Shown here in pieces: positions 23,390 through 30,235 of a stretch of 30,235 nt of DNA. The stretch is taken from the NCBI GenBank assembly GCA_035571175.1, contig DATMKO010000061.1, positions 1 through 30,235 on the forward strand, given 5' to 3'. The notes under the pieces were generated by a model. It searched no databases and had not been told where the DNA came from. It saw only the letters and a program-made list of their open reading frames with translations. Each line of letters opens with the position of its first letter. Within the stretch, counting starts at the first letter, position 1. This DNA is from Steroidobacteraceae bacterium. Lineage in GTDB: Bacteria; Pseudomonadota; Gammaproteobacteria; Steroidobacterales; Steroidobacteraceae. A program made the position numbers and the translations under genes.

Positions 23390-24211
23390 ATGCCAAACAG
23401 AATCACCTCAGCGTCGAGTGCGCTCATTGCCGCGCTGTTCGTGGCGGGCGCGATTGTAAACATTGCGCACGCCGGCGCTCGCGAAGAGAGCCGCCTGCTC
23501 ACCGCGACCGAAGTGCTGCAGCAAATCAAGGCGATGCCCGATTCGCGAGTGCCTGATGCCCTGCTGGCTCGCGCTTACGGAATCGCGGTTATACCCGATG
23601 TGGGAAAATTCGCCTTCTTCTTCGGCGGCCGCCATGGCACCGGCGTGCTGGCGGTGCGCGATAAATTGACATCCGCCTGGAGTAATCCGGTGTTGGTCTC
23701 GCTGTCCGGCGGCAGCTTTGGTTTTCAATGGGGCGTGCAATATTCCGACATCATTTTGGTGTTCACCACCAAGCGCGGCATTGAGGGGATAGTGGGCGGC
23801 AAGCTTACCTTGGGCGCGGATGCCTCGGTTGCGACCGGACCCGTCGGACGCCAAGGTTCTGCCGCTACCGATATGAATTTGGCGGAAATCTATGCGTACG
23901 CGCGCACGCGCGGCTTATTCGGCGGGATCGCGCTGGATGGCAGCGTGATATCGATCGATAGGTCGGCGAATGCCTCGCTGTACCAAAAGAGCGGCGTAAC
24001 CGCGTCCGAGATCTTTTCTGGAGAGGCTCCGGCGCCTCCGCAAACCGCGCAGCGCTTTCTTGAGGAGTTGGCTAAAGCCACCGGAACCGCGGTGCGCACC
24101 TCGCCCGCGCCGCAGGCGGAAGTATCAGCCGCCCAGGCCCCGGGCAGCGTTCCGCCCAGCGCCCAGCCGGCTCGCACTTTTCCCTTGGAAGAACAGAAAA
24201 AAAATCAGTGA
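23390..24211 (+). CDS. Lipid-binding SYLF (Ysc84/DUF500) domain protein, exported (273 aa)
   Basis: Signal peptide, then AYGIAVIPDV.K..FFFGGRHGTG, GGSFGFQWG, LTLGADASVATGPVGR and IYAYARTRGLFGGIALDG. GAGGAG SD upstream. Confidence 0.9.
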   Translation: MPNRITSASSALIAALFVAGAIVNIAHAGAREESRLLTATEVLQQIKAMPDSRVPDALLARAYGIAVIPDVGKFAFFFGGRHGTGVLAVRDKLTSAWSNPVLVSLSGGSFGFQWGVQYSDIILVFTTKRGIEGIVGGKLTLGADASVATGPVGRQGSAATDMNLAEIYAYARTRGLFGGIALDGSVISIDRSANASLYQKSGVTASEIFSGEAPAPPQTAQRFLEELAKATGTAVRTSPAPQAEVSAAQAPGSVPPSAQPARTFPLEEQKKNQ

Positions 24212-25131
24212 ATTTCGCACGACTCGTCAACCACAGAGCCGCGCTCAGGGCAGGCTTGCTGCTCGCCTCCCTGACGCTTTTTTCCGTGCTCGCAGCAGCA
24301 CGGGCGCCACTGGTGATATTGACGGATTTTGGGACTCAGGACGGCGCGGTCTCGGCCATGAAGGGCGTCGCGTACAGCGTCTCGCAGGATTTGCTGATAT
24401 CCGACCTGAGTCACGAAAATCCGAGCATATTCGACGGCGCCTACCGGCTGTTTCAAACCGAACAGTTTTGGCCCGAGGGCACGGTGTTCGTCGCGGTGGT
24501 GGATCCCGGGGTGGGTACCAAGCGCTTGTCAGTGGTGTTGAAAACCCGCACCAACCGCTACTTCGTCGGCCCGGACAACGGTCTGTTGTCGTTGGTCGCA
24601 GAGCGTGATGGGATCGAAGGGCTGCGGCAAATCGATGAAGGCGTCAATCGACGGCCGGGATCCGATGATTCCCACACATTTCACGGCCGCGACGTTTTCG
24701 CCTATACCGGCGCGCGTCTCGCCGCCGGCGTGATCAGCTTCGAACAAGTGGGACCGGCGTTGCCGCCGCAGTCCCTCATCAGTATTGCCTACCGCAAACC
24801 CGTGCGCACCGGATCCGACGTATCCGGGATCATTCCGGTGCTGGACGTGCAATTCGGCAATGTATGGACCAATATCCCGAAGTCGTTGTTCGACGAGTTG
24901 CATGTGGCGCTGGGCACTTCGCTGCATGTTCGCATTTTCCACGATGGCAAACTGGTCGATGAAACTCGCGCCCCCTATCAGCGCACGTTCGGCGAAGTGG
25001 CGGTGGGCAAGCCCTTGGTGTACATCAATAGTCTTCTGAACGTGGCCGTGGCGCTCAATCAGCAAAACTATGCCGCAGCCCACAAAGTAGAATCCGGACC
25101 GGACTGGACCATCGAGATCGGCAAGAACTGA
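24208..25131 (+). CDS. DUF62 SAM hydroxide adenosyltransferase (SAM hydrolase) family protein with N-terminal signal peptide (307 aa)
   Basis: LTDFG, VVDPGVGTKR, GPDNGLL, TFHGRDVFA and FGNVWTNI. The Asp-Arg-His triad of the hydrolase branch appears intact. There is a 33-aa hydrophobic N-terminal extension. The GTG start overlaps the SYLF stop. Confidence 0.88.
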   Translation: MNFARLVNHRAALRAGLLLASLTLFSVLAAARAPLVILTDFGTQDGAVSAMKGVAYSVSQDLLISDLSHENPSIFDGAYRLFQTEQFWPEGTVFVAVVDPGVGTKRLSVVLKTRTNRYFVGPDNGLLSLVAERDGIEGLRQIDEGVNRRPGSDDSHTFHGRDVFAYTGARLAAGVISFEQVGPALPPQSLISIAYRKPVRTGSDVSGIIPVLDVQFGNVWTNIPKSLFDELHVALGTSLHVRIFHDGKLVDETRAPYQRTFGEVAVGKPLVYINSLLNVAVALNQQNYAAAHKVESGPDWTIEIGKN

Positions 25132-25144
25132 GAATCGACACGGG

Positions 25145-25615
25145 ATGAACCAACAACGCCGTCCGATGTTTCGCAGCAGCGGACAAAACGGCTTCTCGGC
25201 TGAAGTGAGCAACCACCCGCGGCATGTGAAGGCACGCAAACTGGAACGCGAGGTGGAGGTTCGCTTCACTCCCGTTGACTGTATCGTTCGCACGCCGGAG
25301 GGCATCGTGCATGCGCATGCCGGAGACGCGATATTAACGGGCAACGGCGGCCAGCATTGGCGCGTGTCGCGCGCGAAATTCGCGAATAAGTACCGTCCGG
25401 TACCGCCAATCGCCACGGGCGAGTCGGGGCATTATATGAGCCGGCCGTACCAGATCCTGGCGTTGCAATCGCAGGAGCCATTCGCCGTGTTGCTCGCAGA
25501 TGGGATATCGGAGCTTGCCGGCCACCCCGGCGATTGGCTGGTCGATTATGGCGATGGCAGTCTGGGTATAGTCGCGGAAAACGTTTTCGCAACCACCTAC
25601 GAGATCCTGAGCTAG
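25145..25615 (+). CDS. PGDYG-family protein with two internal repeats (156 aa)
   Basis: Duplicated motif: TPEG..AHAGDAILTG..W.VSRAKFANKY and LADG..AGHPGDWLVDYG..IVAENVFATTY. Confidence 0.7.
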   Translation: MNQQRRPMFRSSGQNGFSAEVSNHPRHVKARKLEREVEVRFTPVDCIVRTPEGIVHAHAGDAILTGNGGQHWRVSRAKFANKYRPVPPIATGESGHYMSRPYQILALQSQEPFAVLLADGISELAGHPGDWLVDYGDGSLGIVAENVFATTYEILS

Positions 25616-25621
25616 GCCGCA

Positions 25622-26659
25622 ATGCCGCTGCATCAGACAATTCAACGCGTGCTGCTGATCGGCGTGCGATTGAAGTATCCGCCGCCCGCGCCGACGCCCA
25701 TTCCGCCTGCGCGACTGCTGCCGTTCATTGACGCCATCGCTCCTGAACACCAAATGTTCGATGAGCGCGCCGTGCTGTTTGGTCACCGCTACCGCAGCGG
25801 TTTCTGGGCCATTTATCTGTTGAGCGCCATCGCGGTACTGTTCGCCGTCCTGCCGCTTGCGCTTGGCTGGGATGATCGCCGCCACGTATTGCACCCGTAT
25901 CTTGGCCTGTGGGCAGTTGCGGAGGTCGGCATTATAGGCACGGTGAGCGCCATCTATTGGCTGGGTCACAGGCACGACTGGCAGGGGCAATGGCTGCGCG
26001 CCCGCACGACCGCCGAATTGACCTGGTATCTGCCGCTGATCGCACCGCTGCTCGACTTTACACGGCGCGAAACCACGTTGAACTGGTACGAGAGGGTTTT
26101 CGATCCCGGCCAGCATCTGCGCAGCGGCGATGATGTGGCGGCGATTTGTTCGAAGCATGAACCCTTGGTGCGAACACTGCTCGAGCGGGCCTGGTCGGAC
26201 CCGCAGTTCATATCGGGCTACGCGCTCTGGACGGTGGGCATTCTCGAGGGGCAGACGCATTACCATCATCGCGTTGCCATTAAACAGCACGCGCTGTTGC
26301 ATCGCGTCCATGCCGTGAACAGCGGATTATTCGGGCTGACCGCGCTCGGGGCGCTGCTGCATCTTGCGATGCACACCTTCTGGTTATCGATAATCACCAC
26401 TTTTTTCCCGGCGCTCGGTGCCTCCCTGCATGGCGCACTCGCGCAGTCCGAGGCCTATCGACTGGAAGCGACCTCCGCGAGGCTTGCGGTCGATCTGCAG
26501 CGCGCCGTCGGCCGCATTCGTTCGACACTCGACCCGCAAGACCCGCTGCGCAGTGCCGAGGCGATCAAGGAGTCGATCCAGGCAGCCATCGAGTTGATCC
26601 TGGAGGAGCACCAAGATTGGCACATGCTGGTGCGGCCTCATCATCTGCCGCTGGCGTGA
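25622..26659 (+). CDS. 4-TM membrane protein with two SLATT/DUF4231-like 2TM effector modules (345 aa)
   Basis: TM pair 1 is followed by WQGQWLRARTTAEL. TM pair 2 (GLFGLTALGALLHL, WLSIITTFFPALGA) is followed by EAYRL..S. The C-terminus contains LILEEHQDW. This resembles the tandem-SLATT tail of SLOG-SLATT proteins. Confidence 0.62.
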   Translation: MPLHQTIQRVLLIGVRLKYPPPAPTPIPPARLLPFIDAIAPEHQMFDERAVLFGHRYRSGFWAIYLLSAIAVLFAVLPLALGWDDRRHVLHPYLGLWAVAEVGIIGTVSAIYWLGHRHDWQGQWLRARTTAELTWYLPLIAPLLDFTRRETTLNWYERVFDPGQHLRSGDDVAAICSKHEPLVRTLLERAWSDPQFISGYALWTVGILEGQTHYHHRVAIKQHALLHRVHAVNSGLFGLTALGALLHLAMHTFWLSIITTFFPALGASLHGALAQSEAYRLEATSARLAVDLQRAVGRIRSTLDPQDPLRSAEAIKESIQAAIELILEEHQDWHMLVRPHHLPLA

Positions 26660-26697
26660 GACGTCGCTTGCCATCCGACTCAAAACCGGGATATCCG

Positions 26698-28803
26698 ATG
26701 AAACATCTGCTCAAGATTTATGCGATCGTGACCGCGGCCTGTGTGGCGCTGCCGCTCCAATCCCTGGCGCAGACGCCCGCAGCAACCAAACCCATCACGC
26801 ATGAAGCGCTCTGGATGATGAAGCGTGTTGGGACTCCGGTTGTAAGTCCGGACGGCAAATGGGTGGTGTACGCGGTGTTGGAGCCTTCCTACGATGCCGA
26901 CAAAGCCGTAAGCGACTTGTGGCTGGTGCCGGCCGATGGGAGCAAACCGCCGCGCCGCATCACCAATACCAAGGCTCCGGAAAGTGATGTTGCATGGTCT
27001 GCCGACAGCAGCAGCATTGCATTTGCCACCAAACGTGAAAACGACGAGGTCGAGCAAATCTACATTCTCAATCTCGCGGAGGGCGGCGAGGCGCGCCGGC
27101 TCACCAACATTTCAACCGGTGCGAGCAGCCCGCAATGGCGCGCGGACGGCAAGGCGATTTTGTTCGAGTCGCGCGTCTATCCCAACGCTCTGGACGATGA
27201 GGCCAACAAGAAAATCGCGGCGGAGCACAAAGAGCGCAAATACAATGTTCGGGTATACGAGCACTTTCCGGTGCGCTATTGGAATCAGTGGTTGGATGAG
27301 CGCCAGCCGACCATCATGGTGCAATCAATCGAGCCGGGATCGGCGGCCAAAGACATTCTCTCGGCCACTGCGCTCGCACGCACGGCGGGGTTCTCCGGAA
27401 CGGAAACCGAAACCAGCGTCACCCTCGCACCTTTGTTCAGCCCGGATGGACGCGAGGTGGTGTTTACAGCGACCACTGAACGATGGAACGCGGCGTTCGC
27501 GCACGTGCGCCATCACCTGTACCGCATGGCAGCGGCGGGCGGTGAGCCTGTCATCGTCAGTCCTGCGTTTGGCATTTACGAGGAGGCGATGTTCAGCCCG
27601 GATGGCAAGGCGCTGTATTTCAAGTACGCACCACAGGATTCAGAGGTCTACCATCTGGCGCAGCTTTACAAGGCGGCGTGGCCCGCGGGCGGAGAGCCGA
27701 CGCTGGTGACCCGCGACTTCGATCGCGAAACGGCGCGATATGCGCCGACGCCGGATGGCAAATTTGTATATCTGCTGGTACCGGATGCAGGCAAGGAGAA
27801 TCTCTACCGAGTTGCCGCCGCCGGCGGTAAACCGGTGCTGGCGCTCGAGCCCGCCGCGGGCGGCTACACCTCGCTGCAAATTCCAACAAAAGCCGCGAAG
27901 CCGGTGCTGATTGGAAGCTTCGGAAGTTCGGTGAATCCGGCGGAAATCGTGCGTATCGATCCAGCGGAGCGGCTGCACGTCAATCTCACTCATGTCGATA
28001 CGGCGGCAGCCGCGGCGATCGATTGGCAGCCGCCGCAGCACTTTTATTTCACCAGTGCCAAAGGCCGGAGCATACACAACATGATCGTGCTGCCGCCGGC
28101 ATTCGATCCTGCCAAGAAATATCCGCTGTTGGTGCTGATCCACGGCGGTGCGGCGAGCAACAACCCGGATCAAATCGGATTGCGCTGGAACTATCATCTG
28201 CTCGCGGCGCCGGGCTACGTAGTGCTGATGACCGACTACACTGGGTCGACCAGTTTCGGCGAGAAATTTGCGCAGGCCATCAAGCTTGACCCGTTGAAAA
28301 CGCCGGGCGATGAGATCAATCAGGCGGTCGATGAGGCCATTAAGCGCTATCCTTACATCGATGCGACCCGGATGTGCGCCGCAGGCGCGAGCTACGGCGG
28401 ACACTTGGCCAACTGGATCGAAGCGACCAGCACCCGCTACCGGTGCATCGTGAGCCACGCCGGCGAGGTCGATCTCACCACTCAGTGGGGCACCAGCGAC
28501 GGAATCTACGGCCGCGAAGTTACCAACGGCGGCCCACCCTGGGAGGGAAACCCGGTGTGGCGCGATCAGAGCCCGATAACCTACGCGGCCAACTGGAAAA
28601 CCCCGATGCTGCTCAGCATCGGAGAGCGCGATTTTCGCGTGCCCATCAACAATACGCTGGAAAATTGGAGCACCCTGCAGCGCATGCATGTACCCAGCCG
28701 ACTGCTGGTATGGCCGGACGCCTGGCATTGGATCTTGAAGCCCGAGGACAGCCGCCACTTCTACGAAGAAGTTCAGAAGTGGCTGGCTGCGTATCTCAAT
28801 TAG
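26698..28803 (+). CDS. S9-family serine peptidase (dipeptidyl/acylaminoacyl-peptidase type) with beta-propeller, exported (about 701 aa)
   Basis: Signal peptide from ATG 26698 (MKHLLKIYA..). Propeller SPDG repeats, LIHGG, nucleophile GASYGG (28384-28401), DFRVP and AWHW triad motifs. The track start at 26617 overlaps the preceding gene. Confidence 0.92.
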   Translation: MKHLLKIYAIVTAACVALPLQSLAQTPAATKPITHEALWMMKRVGTPVVSPDGKWVVYAVLEPSYDADKAVSDLWLVPADGSKPPRRITNTKAPESDVAWSADSSSIAFATKRENDEVEQIYILNLAEGGEARRLTNISTGASSPQWRADGKAILFESRVYPNALDDEANKKIAAEHKERKYNVRVYEHFPVRYWNQWLDERQPTIMVQSIEPGSAAKDILSATALARTAGFSGTETETSVTLAPLFSPDGREVVFTATTERWNAAFAHVRHHLYRMAAAGGEPVIVSPAFGIYEEAMFSPDGKALYFKYAPQDSEVYHLAQLYKAAWPAGGEPTLVTRDFDRETARYAPTPDGKFVYLLVPDAGKENLYRVAAAGGKPVLALEPAAGGYTSLQIPTKAAKPVLIGSFGSSVNPAEIVRIDPAERLHVNLTHVDTAAAAAIDWQPPQHFYFTSAKGRSIHNMIVLPPAFDPAKKYPLLVLIHGGAASNNPDQIGLRWNYHLLAAPGYVVLMTDYTGSTSFGEKFAQAIKLDPLKTPGDEINQAVDEAIKRYPYIDATRMCAAGASYGGHLANWIEATSTRYRCIVSHAGEVDLTTQWGTSDGIYGREVTNGGPPWEGNPVWRDQSPITYAANWKTPMLLSIGERDFRVPINNTLENWSTLQRMHVPSRLLVWPDAWHWILKPEDSRHFYEEVQKWLAAYLN

Positions 28804-30235
28804 CGGGATTGCTGGTTCTGCGTATGAAACCGGCGACGTTGTCATGCAGCATCTTGAGCGATGCGTCCTTGGCGTACACCATGTGGCCCGAGTCGTAGAA
28901 CTTGTACTCGATATTCGACTGCAAGTTCGCCGGAATCGGCAGGTGATGCATCTCGTAGACGCCTTGGTAGAACGGCGTCGCCAGATCGTAATACCCGGCG
29001 TTCAACTGAATCTTTAAATTCGGATTGATCTTCATTGCGTTCGCAAGGTCGGGCATGACGTTGGAACCTTGGCGCGAGGAGGTTGGCGGCTGATTTTGGC
29101 CCGGCTGGCGGTGCTGAAAATTCCAGGTTCCAAAGGTCTGGATGCTGGGCTTGAAGGTTTTGCCCTCGCCGTAGCGCAGCTCCTTGCGCAGATACTCGTT
29201 GAACGCCGACACATACGCCGAGCTCAAGGCCGAGGATTGCGGGTCATAGTCAGCGCGCTGCGCCAAGGGATCGAGATCCGGTCCCGAAAACCGGGTATCC
29301 AGCCGGCCGGTTGCCAACCCGGCATCGCCTTGTAATGTCTGGCGAAATTCGCCGCCATCGATACGCAGGTCGGCCCTGAGGATGTATTCGACCGAAAGTC
29401 CGGTGTACTGATGCAGCTTCTCGGCGATCGCGGAGCGTTCCGCGGGGGCAAGCTCGGATCCAGCCGCCAGCGCACGTCCATAATCCCCCATGGCGAACTG
29501 TTCGACCTCCGCGAGAAAGGCTTCGAGATTCTCATGCTGAGCCGGCAGTTTCTTGTGGTACCAGGCGGTCGCGGCATAGGTGGGCAACACCGTCTGGTAG
29601 GGCAAATCGACACCGGGATTGCCGGTCGGCCGATCCGGACTGAGATCGAAGTTGAGAATCTGCGACAGCAGAATCACGCCGTTGAAATCGATCGAGCGGT
29701 CTGCCTCGAGTATGTTGATGAGAACCGCCGAGCGCGGCGTACCGTAGCTTTCGCCGAACAGATATTTGGGCGAATTCCAGCGGCCGTATTTCGACAGGAA
29801 CTGTGAAATGAATTCAGAAAAGGCGTATGCATCCTGATCGACGCCGTAAAATGCCTTCTCCTTGTCCTTGCCGGCGATGCGGCTGAAACCGGTGCCGGGC
29901 GCGTCGATGAACACCAGATCGGTCACATCGAGAAGGCTCGAACCATTGTTGATCAGCGAATACGGCGCCGCCGGCGTGTGTCCGTCGGTGGATGTGACGA
30001 TCCGGCGCGGTCCGAACGCTCCCATATGCAGCCAGAAGCTCGCGGAGCCCGGACCGCCGTTGTACACGAAGGTCACCGGCCGCGAACCTGCACCGGATTT
30101 GAAATAGGCGACATAGAACACCGAGGCTTCGGCGGTCGGATTCTTGGCATCGCCGCCATCCTCCGCGGCGCCGGGGCCGCCCTTCTCCGCTTTGGGATCG
30201 CGCGGAACATCGTCCCAATCCTTCGGGTGCACGAT
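28796..30235 (-). CDS. S10-family serine carboxypeptidase, 5'-truncated at the right edge
   Basis: FYVAY, FVYNGGPGSAS, DLVFIDAPGTGFS, YLFGESYG (Ser), NAGYYDLATP (Asp) and YDSGHMVY (His). The frame stays open to the window end. Confidence 0.92.
   Translation of the reverse strand: MVHPKDWDDVPRDPKAEKGGPGAAEDGGDAKNPTAEASVFYVAYFKSGAGSRPVTFVYNGGPGSASFWLHMGAFGPRRIVTSTDGHTPAAPYSLINNGSSLLDVTDLVFIDAPGTGFSRIAGKDKEKAFYGVDQDAYAFSEFISQFLSKYGRWNSPKYLFGESYGTPRSAVLINILEADRSIDFNGVILLSQILNFDLSPDRPTGNPGVDLPYQTVLPTYAATAWYHKKLPAQHENLEAFLAEVEQFAMGDYGRALAAGSELAPAERSAIAEKLHQYTGLSVEYILRADLRIDGGEFRQTLQGDAGLATGRLDTRFSGPDLDPLAQRADYDPQSSALSSAYVSAFNEYLRKELRYGEGKTFKPSIQTFGTWNFQHRQPGQNQPPTSSRQGSNVMPDLANAMKINPNLKIQLNAGYYDLATPFYQGVYEMHHLPIPANLQSNIEYKFYDSGHMVYAKDASLKMLHDNVAGFIRRTSNPAN

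Noticed and set aside
24208-25131. Fluorinase or chlorinase
   Set aside because: It retains the DPGVG..R and TFHGRD residues of the hydrolase (DUF62) branch, and no halometabolite genes are nearby.
20817-28845. Long minus-strand ORFs 20817..22010, 24529..25416, 25334..26311 and 27640..28845
   Set aside because: They are antisense to the kinase, DUF62, PGDYG/SLATT and S9 genes, which carry clear family motifs.

Overview
GC-rich, densely coding bacterial window. The gene families suggest a Gammaproteobacterium, possibly Steroidobacteraceae-like; this is inference only. All family names come from motif recognition by eye, with no database search. Three blocks are visible. (1) 1-5.9 kb, minus strand: a cysteine-less TlpA-like thioredoxin, a secreted Ala/Pro-linker protein and two exported TPR proteins; the last runs off the left edge and is missing from the ORF track. 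The operon is led by a clear c-di-GMP-I (GEMM) riboswitch at about 5500-5585. (2) 5.9-18.5 kb: a divergent cell-envelope redox cluster. Leftward are a monoheme DUF1588/DUF1585-like protein, a diheme + LamG lipoprotein and a Tat-exported DUF1501-like protein. Rightward are a diheme hydrazine-synthase-alpha-like lipoprotein, two outer-membrane beta-barrels, an intact TlpA (WCGPC), DUF4266 and DUF3570. A VanZ-like membrane protein and a HiPIP follow. Five CxxCH motifs are present in total. (3) 18.4-30.2 kb: a glycerophosphodiester phosphodiesterase, two small secreted-peptide genes, an ECF sigma factor with a membrane Ser/Thr kinase carrying TPRs, a SYLF protein, an exported DUF62 SAM hydrolase, a PGDYG + tandem-SLATT pair, an S9 peptidase and a partial S10 carboxypeptidase. 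The most novel-looking item is a 59-aa signal-peptide precursor with three identical DNPPITPPH cores (19687-19866, below the ORF-track cutoff). It is transcribed divergently from the ECF/kinase-TPR pair and is a candidate peptide-signalling system. No rRNA, tRNA, CRISPR array or mobile element was seen.
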